Assembly (NCBI GenBank): GCA_934086395.1
Contig: CAKOIE010000005.1
Span: 1 to 50,832, forward strand
Direction: 5' to 3'
From: an uncultured Bacilli bacterium
GTDB lineage: Bacteria > Bacillota_I > Bacilli_A > RF39 > UBA660
Length of the DNA stretch: 50,832 nt
This document shows, in pieces, positions 35,359 to 45,010 of the stretch (position 1 is the first letter of the stretch; each line of letters begins with the position of its first letter). Both the position numbers and the translations under genes were made by a program. The notes beneath the pieces are model-generated. The model made no database searches. It worked only from the letters and a program-made list of their open reading frames with translations, and was not told where the DNA came from.

Positions 35359-36030
35359 TTATATTTGAATAACTTTCCTTAATTCATTAGAACAATAAAT
35401 ATTTATATATTCTAATCTTTCTTTTTCACTTAAAATCTTACTACTCTTTTTAAACATGTCTTTTAATTTTGCATAATCCCCATTAATACTATCATGACTA
35501 GCAATAATCATATCCATCTTAGACACATTTGTAAGATCTAAATATATACCATTTATTTTAGCAAGCGATTCTATAAATACTCTTTGACTTCTACCATTGC
35601 CTTCACGAAAAGGGTGTAAAGCATTAATATCAGCAAATAATTCTACTAATTTATCTATTGTTGTTTCGTTATCATAATCTACAAAATATTTTTCCTTTTT
35701 TAGTTTATTAAATACATCACTACCAAATGATTCTATGTGTTCTATTAAACAAAATAAATCTTGTTTAGCAATATTACAATTTCTTATATTTCCAGCCCAA
35801 CTATAAACATCCTGGAATAAATACTTATGAATATTTTTTAAATATTTAAAATCAAAACTACCTTTTAATGGATTTTCATTTAATTCATAAATTCTTAAAG
35901 ATACAAGTTCTCTTTCAGCGTTAAATAAATCTTCATCACTTGTAATATTTAGTTTATTAATTAAAACATCTGTTCCCTTATAACAATAATTGGAAGTTCT
36001 TTCATAAAAATATTTATATTTATTATCCAT
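35359..36030 (-). CDS. Fic-domain protein (AMPylase-type toxin, VbhT/FicT-like)
   Basis: 223 aa with the canonical Fic motif HPFREGNGRSQR. Its ATG overlaps the upstream small ORF by 8 nt. Confidence 0.85.
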   Translation of the reverse strand: MDNKYKYFYERTSNYCYKGTDVLINKLNITSDEDLFNAERELVSLRIYELNENPLKGSFDFKYLKNIHKYLFQDVYSWAGNIRNCNIAKQDLFCLIEHIESFGSDVFNKLKKEKYFVDYDNETTIDKLVELFADINALHPFREGNGRSQRVFIESLAKINGIYLDLTNVSKMDMIIASHDSINGDYAKLKDMFKKSSKILSEKERLEYINIYCSNELRKVIQI

Positions 36031-36214
36031 AAATTCCTCTATACTTTTCTATAATTTTTCTACGTTCTATTTCTGTTGTAGATTTACCAATTATACAATT
36101 ATAAATTTTTTGTTTTAGTTCTTTAGTTAATGGCATGCCCTCTTGAGCCATAGCACCATCAACTTTTTTTATTTTTTCTTGTATTTCTTTTTCAGTTTGC
36201 TTTTTACTATTCAT
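36023..36214 (-). CDS. VbhA/FicA-like antitoxin
   Basis: 63 aa from ATG 36214 (the track GTG is at 36223). AMAQEG sits where VbhA carries its inhibitory (S/T)xxxE(G/N) motif. It is small and helical and lies directly upstream of the Fic gene. Confidence 0.6.
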   Translation of the reverse strand: MNSKKQTEKEIQEKIKKVDGAMAQEGMPLTKELKQKIYNCIIGKSTTEIERRKIIEKYRGIYG

Positions 36215-36814
36215 TAAAATCACTCACTTTCTCAAGTTTTTTGATATACATATTATACTACAATTTGATTAATATATCATTAGTTTTGGCATAATAAAAA
36301 TACTTTCGTTAAAAAGAATTTTGCTTTCTTTATTATTATTTATATAAATGTTTTTACAAATTCATTAATAAATTCTATAACATAACTTATTATTTCAATA
36401 CAAGGAATATTTAACCAATTAAATTAAAATTTTTTCTTTATCATAAATATTTATACTAGCCCTTTAAATAACATATTTATCTTACCAAAATTAAAATAAT
36501 TAAGACTAAAATAGAGCTAAATAATATGTTCATAATTAAATCTTCTAAATAATCTATCATTAATCATAAAATTTTTTTAGATATAATATCAATTAAAATA
36601 TAATAATAAATTGTACTATCTCGAAGAATAATTTGCATTAAAATATCTTTTTACAAATATATCTAAATAATATTGTTTATTAGAACAAATTCCAAACTCA
36701 AATTTATACAAATTACCATCTTTAACAACCTTTATGATTCATTCGTTAACCTAAACAATACTTTTCTTTTAATTCTCTATGAGTATATACAATTTTACAT
36801 ATCCTATAATTATT

Positions 36815-36854
36815 TTAAACTAAAACAGCACACAAGAGTATACTTGTATGTTGT
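36815..36854 (-). terminator. Intrinsic terminator of the jet operon
   Basis: On the minus strand, ACAACATACAAG-tatact-CTTGTGTGCTGT (12-bp stem, one mismatch, one G-U) is followed by TTTTAGTTT, starting 11 nt after the jetD stop. Confidence 0.65.
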
Positions 36855-36865
36855 TTTAATTTTAT

Positions 36866-38098
36866 CTATTTATCATCATGACTTATTATTATTTCATTAA
36901 TCATTATCTTAATATTTTCAAGTAAATTTTCCTCATAACCCGCTTTACTTTCTTTTAATAAGCAGTTTTTTACCTCTAAAAGTTCTATATCATTAACTAA
37001 TAATAGTTTATGCAATCTACTTTTACTTATACCTTTAACAGGATTACTTAAATAATAATTATCTTCATTATAACCTAAAAATTTAACTCGCTTACACTTT
37101 TCTTTTATTTTACTAGCAATAAGTAATCCCTCAGGATCAAAATCCCCATGATAATAAACCTCGCAATTATAATCAATTCCATCAATTAGATCCATCATCG
37201 CATTATTAGGCATCCCATTACAAACAATCATAGATATATTTAAATTATTATCTTTTAAATAATTAATTACCGAAGGATTTTCAAATATAAATATTTTATT
37301 TCCAATACCATTAATCTTACCTATATTACTTATATTTTCCAAATTAAAATTAATAACCCCATAATTATCATATAAAAAGTCAAATTTATCATTAATTAAT
37401 AACTTATAAGTATTTACATAATTACTTATCGAATCAGAATAAACATTTATTAACTTAAGTAATTCTTTTTTAAACTTAATCGTATTTTCATAATTACTTT
37501 TTAACATAATAGCTAAAATCATATAAAACAAATTATTATTTTGAAAATCTAAATAATGACTATCACCAGTTAAAGAAGAATAAACAGATAATAAAGTATA
37601 CTTATTAGGAACATTTTCTAAAAGCAAACCAATATCCATTAACTCTTTTGTTAAATCCACCTTACTTTTCTTATATCTTCCTCTTAAAACAGCACTTAAA
37701 TTCTTATTATTTTTATCTAATATAATTTCTTTTAACTTTAAAGAAACAGATAATTCTTCCAAATATTGATAAAATTCATCTATTTCATTTTGCTTTCTTT
37801 CCTTATTAGTTATCTCTTCAAAATTATTATCAACTAACCTAAAATATTTTATAAAATCAAATGTTTCTAATTTAGTTCCTCTAAGAGCCTTTCTAAATTT
37901 ATTAACATTTATTTTAACACTACTACCCTCAGTATAAATTTTAGAAAATATCGCTTGTAAACTTTTTACTTCATCCAAACTTATATTTTCAAGTTCAATA
38001 TTTCCACATACTCTACCATAAGTTAAATATTTAATTTTACACTTTTCAAAAAATCTATCTAAATTATAATTATTTAAAACATATTCTTCAGGACTCAT
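36866..38098 (-). CDS. jetD: Wadjet JetD-like protein (TIGR02679/DUF2399-like, Toprim-type C-terminus)
   Basis: 410 aa. The C-terminal acidic motif VYYHGDFDPEGLLIA is typical of JetD Toprim domains. It shares an ATGA overlap with jetC and is the last gene of a four-gene set. Confidence 0.7.
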   Translation of the reverse strand: MSPEEYVLNNYNLDRFFEKCKIKYLTYGRVCGNIELENISLDEVKSLQAIFSKIYTEGSSVKINVNKFRKALRGTKLETFDFIKYFRLVDNNFEEITNKERKQNEIDEFYQYLEELSVSLKLKEIILDKNNKNLSAVLRGRYKKSKVDLTKELMDIGLLLENVPNKYTLLSVYSSLTGDSHYLDFQNNNLFYMILAIMLKSNYENTIKFKKELLKLINVYSDSISNYVNTYKLLINDKFDFLYDNYGVINFNLENISNIGKINGIGNKIFIFENPSVINYLKDNNLNISMIVCNGMPNNAMMDLIDGIDYNCEVYYHGDFDPEGLLIASKIKEKCKRVKFLGYNEDNYYLSNPVKGISKSRLHKLLLVNDIELLEVKNCLLKESKAGYEENLLENIKIMINEIIISHDDK

Positions 38099-41000
38099 AC
38101 TACCTCATTTACAATATAGGTCTTTACTAAACCATTCCAACTATATCTATGAATACCTATACATTTAGATCCCCTAGGATGTATCAATTCACTTATATTA
38201 ATATTTTTTATATTACTATAAGTACACCACAAAGCCTGACTAGTTAATAAATAATCTAAATTAAAACTATTTAAAATTCCAAACATCTCTTCAATATTTT
38301 GTTCATCAACTCCTGCAAATGCTTCATCCATAGCAATTAATCTAGGCGCATTCTTTTTAGCACCATCTAATTTAGCATAAACACTTGCAAATAATGGAAC
38401 ATACATTGTCTTAGCTTTTTCTCCACCACTAAATACAGAGAAAATCTTATTAGTTAATTCCTTTTTAGAACCATCATCTTTTCTATAAAATAATTTAAAT
38501 TCAAACCAATTTCTATAATCTAAAATATCAAATATAATCTTAAAATATGACTCTGCCCCTTGATAACCAAATTCTTCAGCCTTATCAATTTTATTTCTAA
38601 AATGTTTAACTAATCTATCAATATCTTCATCATGAATAGTCCCACTATCTCTTTTAAATAATGTTACTAAATCTTTCGTATTCATCTCATCCATAGTTTC
38701 TGCATCTTTAGGATGCCATTCTAAATAAAATGATAACTTACTATCTTTACCATGTTCTTGCATAATTTTATTTGTTTTATTAACCCAATCTTCCGCAAGC
38801 ATAATTTTTTGTTTAATTTTTTCTCCAGTAGTTTTAACTAAAATATCATAAAATATCTTTTTATCCTGTTCATCTAAATAAGTTTTATCAACATCATACT
38901 TATCAGTTAATGATTCTAATAAACTATAGCAATCAATCATTTTTCCTTGATAAGAAAATGACACATTTCTTCTTTTTGCTAAATCTAACTCATTACTAAG
39001 TTGTTCATCACCTAAAATAGATTCATTTATTCCCCTAAAATTTTCCACACTTTCATTAAAAATATAAGTATCTCTTAAATTATAATCTATTAAATCATGC
39101 CTATAATTATTTATAGCCTGATTATATTTTAATTCCATATCATCTATATTAATATCTTCAACCATCTTATTTAATTTAATTACATCTTTAATTCCAAAAT
39201 CTTTGTCTATATTAATATCTAATTTCAAATATTTAATATAACCAAGATCTAATTCATCAATTAATACTTTTCTTGCTATTTCATATAACTCATTATGAAC
39301 TTTTACACTATCATTAACAAAACTAATATTTTCAAGTACACCCTCAATACCTTGTTCCAACTTACCAATTAACTGATATAATTTATTACTTTTACCATTA
39401 TACATATTAATTATTGTATCTAATTTACTTATTTCTTCTCTAATATTATTATTTTCTTCACTATAAAGTGCATCATCAATAGCGTTTTTCTTAACTATAG
39501 AATTATTTAAATCATTTTTTAATTTATTAATATTACTATCATAATCACTTATTATTTCTTCTAAAGAATTAAATCGTTCATTCTTTTCCCAAACTACTCT
39601 TTTAATATTATTAAAATTATTTACTTCCCTTTGTAAAGAATTTGTATCATTTTCTATATTTCTTAAAATATTTCTTGCATTTTCATAAGAAGGTAAAGTA
39701 AGCGGTATATCTCCATTATAATCACTTATCTTAATATTCAATTCATTTATTTCTTTTTGATAAATAGCAAGTTCATTCATTAATTTATTAGCCTCTTCAT
39801 TATAATTATCTAATTTTAGTTGATTTTTATAAATTTCTTCACTTATTTTATTTAACATATTATTACTAGGAAATTTTAAAATTTCTTCATCTACTTTATT
39901 AATCTTACTAATAACACTACTAACTAAACTATTCAAACTATCAATTTTCTTTTTATTAATTTCTATCTCTTCATTTAAACTATCTATTTTCTTCTTCCTT
40001 AAATTTTGTCTAGCAATTAAACCTATATATTTATTTTCATAATTATTAGATAATAAACCTTTATAAAAATCAAACTTATATCCATCTAAAGTTACATTTA
40101 TATTATCATCATTTGAAACACTTATTGATTCCAAAATAGATTCTACATAATCATTTGTTACAATATCATTATCAATAGGCATTAAATATTTAGCTAAATT
40201 ATATTTTTTCTTATTACTAGGAACTAAATAATTAATGTTAATATCTTTAATCTTATCAACAAATTTTACATCAATAATCTTAGCACCTAATATACCAGAA
40301 GAATAAAGTGCTTCTTCCAAAGCTTGTTTATCATTTTCAGATACATTATTTTTAAAATCAACAACCTGATAAAAATAAGTATAAGGAATATTTAACTCTT
40401 TTAATTTCACATTATTTTCCATAATAAAATTATCTTCAGGTAGTGTTATATCTTTTGCATTTAAAAGCTCATCTAATTCATTACATAAAACAGCTAAAGT
40501 ATTATTAATAACATCTATTTTAACCTTATAATCATTAATTTCTAATTGATACTGATTTTTAATAGAACTAGCACAATTTTCATAGCATATTTTAGCTTCT
40601 AAATATTTATCTTTATCATATAATTCTAACAAATTAATCATCTTAGCATAAGTATCATCATCAATAAGTAAAAATAAATTATTATCCTTTAATACCTTAA
40701 TTTTTCTAATTAAATTTTCTAACTCATTTTCTAAATCACCACTTAATTTTTTAATCATTACATTAAGTTCATCTTGTTTCTTAGTTAACTCCATATATTT
40801 TGAATTAGCAACATCTTGTTTATAAATAATATTATTTTTTTGTTTCAAAAGTTCTAAGCAACTATTAACACTATCTATTTTTTCACCTAATATTTTTTCT
40901 AAATAATTAACATTAATTTTTTCTAAATTTTCACTATTTAATGTATTAATAAATTGACTAAAACTAATTAAACCAGCACTCTCATTTAATTTCTTAATAT

Positions 41001-42159
41001 ACTTTTTTATAGCATCTTTATAACTTTTTTCTTCTTTACTTAAATTCTCAATTTCTTCCGAAATATTATTTTTTTGATTATATAAATTCTTAATTTTTTC
41101 CCTAATATCTTTTATTTGTCCATCTAAATCTTTAATAAGAACATCTAATTTATTACTTTCACTGGCTTTTTCTTCCAAATCTCCTAAATTAATAGTTTCT
41201 CTTTTCGCTTTAGCATAATTATACTCATGATCAAGTTTTTCATTATCCTCTCTTAATAAAGTAAGTTCACGATTCTTATTTTCTAATTCATTATTTAATT
41301 CTTTTAACTTTTTATTAACCTCATTTAAATTATCATATTTAGCAATCAAATTTTTAGTTTTTCTCTTTAATATACCTTTATTATAATTATTAAATGATTC
41401 AATAAATCCACTCAAATTTTTTATATCTTGCTTAGTTTTTTCTAATTTCTCCTTATATTCATTCATATTTTGAATACCTTCTGACAATGGCATAACCTCA
41501 TTATCATTAAGTGGTGGAAGTACTTCATTTAATGTATTCATTAATTTTGTTGGAGTATATTCTTTAGATAGCTTAGGACTTCTAATTTGCAGTAACAAGT
41601 TAATGAATTCATCAAAAGAATCTACATTATTAAATCCAAATAACAAATTATTTACCATTTCTTTATATTCTTTAGAAGTATTTACTATATAATTTTCAGG
41701 TCCAATTGCACTTTTTAATTCATATTTAGTTAAAGGAATCTTATGAATACCATCATTACATTTATATAAATGAAAACCATTAACATTAACCCTTTTACCA
41801 TCTTTTAAACAAAAACCAACAAAATCCGTATTACGACCTCTCTTAGAATGTAAAGACATTCCTATAGTAATATATTTATCTATTTCATCATCATAAAATT
41901 CCATATATAAATATCCCGTTGATTCATCTTTATCTTCACCTAAAATGTAATATTCAATATGTTTATCACTAGAGCCAAAAGTATCTAATCTTTTAGGTGA
42001 TTTATTTCCATCTAATATCAAAGGAATAAACGACTGCATCGTTACTGATTTACCTGAACCGTTTTGTCCACGTAATAACAACTTACCATCACCAAAATAG
42101 AATTCTTCATCATCATATAGCCAAAAATTTAAAAGACCCATTTTATTTACTTTATACAT
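38095..42159 (-). CDS. jetC: Wadjet JetC-like SMC-family ATPase (TIGR02680-like)
   Basis: Start re-set to ATG 42159 (MYKVNKMGLLNFWLY), which has a GGAGGTG RBS; 1354 aa. Walker A LRGQNGSGKSV, a heptad-rich coiled-coil middle of about 900 aa, SGGEKA and Walker B RLIAMDEAFAGVD. Confidence 0.8.
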   Translation of the reverse strand: MYKVNKMGLLNFWLYDDEEFYFGDGKLLLRGQNGSGKSVTMQSFIPLILDGNKSPKRLDTFGSSDKHIEYYILGEDKDESTGYLYMEFYDDEIDKYITIGMSLHSKRGRNTDFVGFCLKDGKRVNVNGFHLYKCNDGIHKIPLTKYELKSAIGPENYIVNTSKEYKEMVNNLLFGFNNVDSFDEFINLLLQIRSPKLSKEYTPTKLMNTLNEVLPPLNDNEVMPLSEGIQNMNEYKEKLEKTKQDIKNLSGFIESFNNYNKGILKRKTKNLIAKYDNLNEVNKKLKELNNELENKNRELTLLREDNEKLDHEYNYAKAKRETINLGDLEEKASESNKLDVLIKDLDGQIKDIREKIKNLYNQKNNISEEIENLSKEEKSYKDAIKKYIKKLNESAGLISFSQFINTLNSENLEKINVNYLEKILGEKIDSVNSCLELLKQKNNIIYKQDVANSKYMELTKKQDELNVMIKKLSGDLENELENLIRKIKVLKDNNLFLLIDDDTYAKMINLLELYDKDKYLEAKICYENCASSIKNQYQLEINDYKVKIDVINNTLAVLCNELDELLNAKDITLPEDNFIMENNVKLKELNIPYTYFYQVVDFKNNVSENDKQALEEALYSSGILGAKIIDVKFVDKIKDININYLVPSNKKKYNLAKYLMPIDNDIVTNDYVESILESISVSNDDNINVTLDGYKFDFYKGLLSNNYENKYIGLIARQNLRKKKIDSLNEEIEINKKKIDSLNSLVSSVISKINKVDEEILKFPSNNMLNKISEEIYKNQLKLDNYNEEANKLMNELAIYQKEINELNIKISDYNGDIPLTLPSYENARNILRNIENDTNSLQREVNNFNNIKRVVWEKNERFNSLEEIISDYDSNINKLKNDLNNSIVKKNAIDDALYSEENNNIREEISKLDTIINMYNGKSNKLYQLIGKLEQGIEGVLENISFVNDSVKVHNELYEIARKVLIDELDLGYIKYLKLDINIDKDFGIKDVIKLNKMVEDINIDDMELKYNQAINNYRHDLIDYNLRDTYIFNESVENFRGINESILGDEQLSNELDLAKRRNVSFSYQGKMIDCYSLLESLTDKYDVDKTYLDEQDKKIFYDILVKTTGEKIKQKIMLAEDWVNKTNKIMQEHGKDSKLSFYLEWHPKDAETMDEMNTKDLVTLFKRDSGTIHDEDIDRLVKHFRNKIDKAEEFGYQGAESYFKIIFDILDYRNWFEFKLFYRKDDGSKKELTNKIFSVFSGGEKAKTMYVPLFASVYAKLDGAKKNAPRLIAMDEAFAGVDEQNIEEMFGILNSFNLDYLLTSQALWCTYSNIKNINISELIHPRGSKCIGIHRYSWNGLVKTYIVNEVV

Positions 42160-43339
42160 CTTCTTCACCTCCAAATAAACTAATTTGTTTATTATCATCA
42201 CTTTCATTTTTATTAAGTAATCCTTGATATCTATAAATAAGAGGCATAATTAAATAACCACTTTCTTGTTTTTCTATAAATCCATAACTAATCATTTCAT
42301 TTTCTACTTCATTATAAAAACTATTATGAGATAAATTTAAATAATTCTTATTAAAATAATCTTTATTATCAATTCTAATTTCTCTAAGTAAATTATCAAA
42401 TATTTCCTTACTTATGTATGCATTCTCATTTAAATCAAGCATTACTTTATTCTCTTTAATTAATGTGTACAATCTATTATTTACCATCAAAATTATATCA
42501 GTAATTTTTCTATTATTAGGAAAACTATTTTTATTTATTTTATTTTCATATTCAAAAACTAGAGCCATATTTTTAGTAACCTCTAAATCATAATTAAAAT
42601 TATTTAATACTACTTTCATATGATTTCTAAGTTTTTTTAAATAATCAATCTCCCTTTCACTTATATCCTTAGAATAAACTACAGGAGCATATAAAATATT
42701 GCGATAAACTTTATAACGTCTAACATCCCCTCTAGTATCATCTTGATTTAACCATTCATCATTTATAAAATCTTGATAACTCTTATGACTAAAAATATCT
42801 TGATTAAAAACTCTCATAACATAATTAGAAACACCAGTAACCAAGTACAATGCATCTGAACTTTTATCTATAATAAATCCATTTTTATCTTCATCTCTAA
42901 CTTCAACAATATTGTTATCTCTTAAAAAATTAATAACTCTTGTAAGAGACTTTCTATCCTCCATTAAATTCCAATCTGGTATATTACTAAATCCAAGTGT
43001 TATAGCAGTATTTCTTAAATAATCAATTAAATTAGTTAATACAAAAACATCATTTTTTACTTTATCTTCTAGATATAACAAAACTAAGCAAAGAAGAACA
43101 TAATCTAATACCTTTTCAAATTCTCTTATTCCCAAATTACTTTTTGCAAAAGAAGGTATTTTCTCTAGTTTAATAAAATTTTCTTTTATAATTAAATTAC
43201 TTCCTAAATTTTTACTTACAAAATCTCTAATAAAAATTTGATTCTTTTTAATTTTATAATAATTTTCTCTATCATAATCCTTAACAACCATAAAATTATT
43301 TAATAAATATTTTAAATCTTCATTTACACTCTCATTCAT
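42152..43339 (-). CDS. jetB: Wadjet JetB-like protein (TIGR02678/DUF2398-like)
   Basis: 395 aa. The call rests on position, size and 8-nt overlaps with both neighbours; I verified no independent motif. Confidence 0.55.
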   Translation of the reverse strand: MNESVNEDLKYLLNNFMVVKDYDRENYYKIKKNQIFIRDFVSKNLGSNLIIKENFIKLEKIPSFAKSNLGIREFEKVLDYVLLCLVLLYLEDKVKNDVFVLTNLIDYLRNTAITLGFSNIPDWNLMEDRKSLTRVINFLRDNNIVEVRDEDKNGFIIDKSSDALYLVTGVSNYVMRVFNQDIFSHKSYQDFINDEWLNQDDTRGDVRRYKVYRNILYAPVVYSKDISEREIDYLKKLRNHMKVVLNNFNYDLEVTKNMALVFEYENKINKNSFPNNRKITDIILMVNNRLYTLIKENKVMLDLNENAYISKEIFDNLLREIRIDNKDYFNKNYLNLSHNSFYNEVENEMISYGFIEKQESGYLIMPLIYRYQGLLNKNESDDNKQISLFGGEEDV

Positions 43340-44816
43340 CTAAATCACCATCAAACCAAATTTCCATACTAGGAATAGACAGCATACCATCTTCACAATT
43401 TATAGTACAATATTTCCCATTATTATTAAAACCTATTTTATAATTAAGTCCAAACACAGGTTCCTTTTTAAAATCTTTAGCTAATCCATATCTACTAATT
43501 AAATCAAGTAAATATTCTCTTTCAATTTTATTTATTGTAGCATCAGTATCAAATTTAATATATTTCTTTTTTATAAAATCTTTTAATAATTCTTTCTTTT
43601 CTTTTTCTTTATCAAAATATTCCTTTAAGATTTTATTCTTTTCAAAAGTTTTATCCTCAATTATTATATTTTTCTTTTTATCTCTAACCTTATAATTATT
43701 TGGATCAATAGTTATATAATTTGGCTCAACATCATAAGAATTAACAATAAAATCAGTCGTATTTAAACTACTACCATTAAAATGCAACCCATTAGTAACT
43801 CCAAATATTTGACTAGATAACTTATTAGCATCATCAATTAAAACAAAAGAATCAAATAGTTTCGCAATAAATTTATATTCTTCTTTACGCTTAATCATAT
43901 TTCCATGAAGTTCTTGTAAAGAATTAGCACACTTTGTTATTTGAACAATAATTGCATTAGTAGTATCTAACATTTTATCTCCCTCAGTAATATCATTATT
44001 GTTAACAAACCACTTACACAAATTATTCCATCTATTTAAATTTAAATTTCTAAATTTATCATAATCATAATTATCATTAAAATTCATAGGTATAGCTTTT
44101 TGATATAATTCTAAAGCATCAATCAATTTCACATCAACTTTACTTATTTTTAATTTATTTATTAATTTTTTAATATCATCACAATAAAATAAATAACCTT
44201 GAATAAAATCTCTTAAATAACGAATCATCTTATCTTTATACTCTAAAAAACTAACACTTTGAAGTAATTCTTCTGTTTTAGATTCTTGAAATTTTTTTAA
44301 AAAGTCTTGATAATTTTGATTAATATCAATAAATTCATTCATTAACCTATCCCATAATTCATAAACACCTTGAACATCATCAAAATTTATTTTAACTAAA
44401 TCTTCTAAATAACCTTTTAAAACCTCAAATCTTTTTGGCGACAATGATGCCACTTTAACTTCTAGTTCCTCTAATCTAATTGTCATTCTTTCTATCTCAA
44501 TAGCATAATCAGTCATTTGGTATCTAAGTTTTCTATTTTTAAATTCAGCTAAACTTTGAATATTTTTATAATCTTGATAAGTAACCAAACTCATATTATC
44601 AACTAAAGTAGCTAAATCTCTTTCTAACTCTTCCATTGAATAATCAGGTATTAAATCTTTCATATAAGGATAAATATCTTCCTTATAAAGCCAATTTATC
44701 GCTTCTTCATACTTATGATAAAAAAACCTCATAATAGGTCTATATCTATATGTGTTATCAGTTGCTAAATATTTAGTTTCTGTTATACTTTTTTGTAATC
44801 CATTAATATCTTTCAT
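43332..44816 (-). CDS. jetA: Wadjet JetA-like protein (TIGR02677/DUF2397-like)
   Basis: 494 aa. The N-terminal YLATDNTYRYRPIMRFFY resembles the conserved YRAIM block that I recall for this family. It is the first gene of the set. Confidence 0.6.
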   Translation of the reverse strand: MKDINGLQKSITETKYLATDNTYRYRPIMRFFYHKYEEAINWLYKEDIYPYMKDLIPDYSMEELERDLATLVDNMSLVTYQDYKNIQSLAEFKNRKLRYQMTDYAIEIERMTIRLEELEVKVASLSPKRFEVLKGYLEDLVKINFDDVQGVYELWDRLMNEFIDINQNYQDFLKKFQESKTEELLQSVSFLEYKDKMIRYLRDFIQGYLFYCDDIKKLINKLKISKVDVKLIDALELYQKAIPMNFNDNYDYDKFRNLNLNRWNNLCKWFVNNNDITEGDKMLDTTNAIIVQITKCANSLQELHGNMIKRKEEYKFIAKLFDSFVLIDDANKLSSQIFGVTNGLHFNGSSLNTTDFIVNSYDVEPNYITIDPNNYKVRDKKKNIIIEDKTFEKNKILKEYFDKEKEKKELLKDFIKKKYIKFDTDATINKIEREYLLDLISRYGLAKDFKKEPVFGLNYKIGFNNNGKYCTINCEDGMLSIPSMEIWFDGDLDE

Positions 44817-44836
44817 AATAATTCCCTTATCGCCGT

Positions 44837-44907
44837 TATATTACCATATATTACCAATTATTTAAAGTATAAACCAAAGTTATTAAAATTATTTTATAAA
44901 CCAAAGT
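44837..44907 (-). promoter_or_regulatory. Repeat-rich putative promoter region of the jet operon
   Basis: Tandem TATATTACCA twice (44837-44856). On the minus strand this reads TGGTAATATA twice, and each copy is an extended -10-like TGnTAATAT. TATAAACCAAAGT occurs at 44868 and 44895. Confidence 0.4.
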
Positions 44908-45010
44908 AATTATAATTAATAACATTTTATTTAAATTAGCCAAAAATAAGCATTGAATACAAAATTATTATAAAAAAAAATGCAACTCATAAAGAATTGC
45001 AATTTTTTTA

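Noticed and set aside
36224-36865. 640-bp spacer between the Fic module and jetD, containing a 40-codon open frame (IIKVVKDGNLYKFEFGICSNKQYYLDIFVKRYFNANYSSR).
   Set aside because: An open frame of this length is not clearly beyond chance in a spacer of this size. It has no start or RBS and no recognisable family. It may be a gene relic, but that is unsupported.
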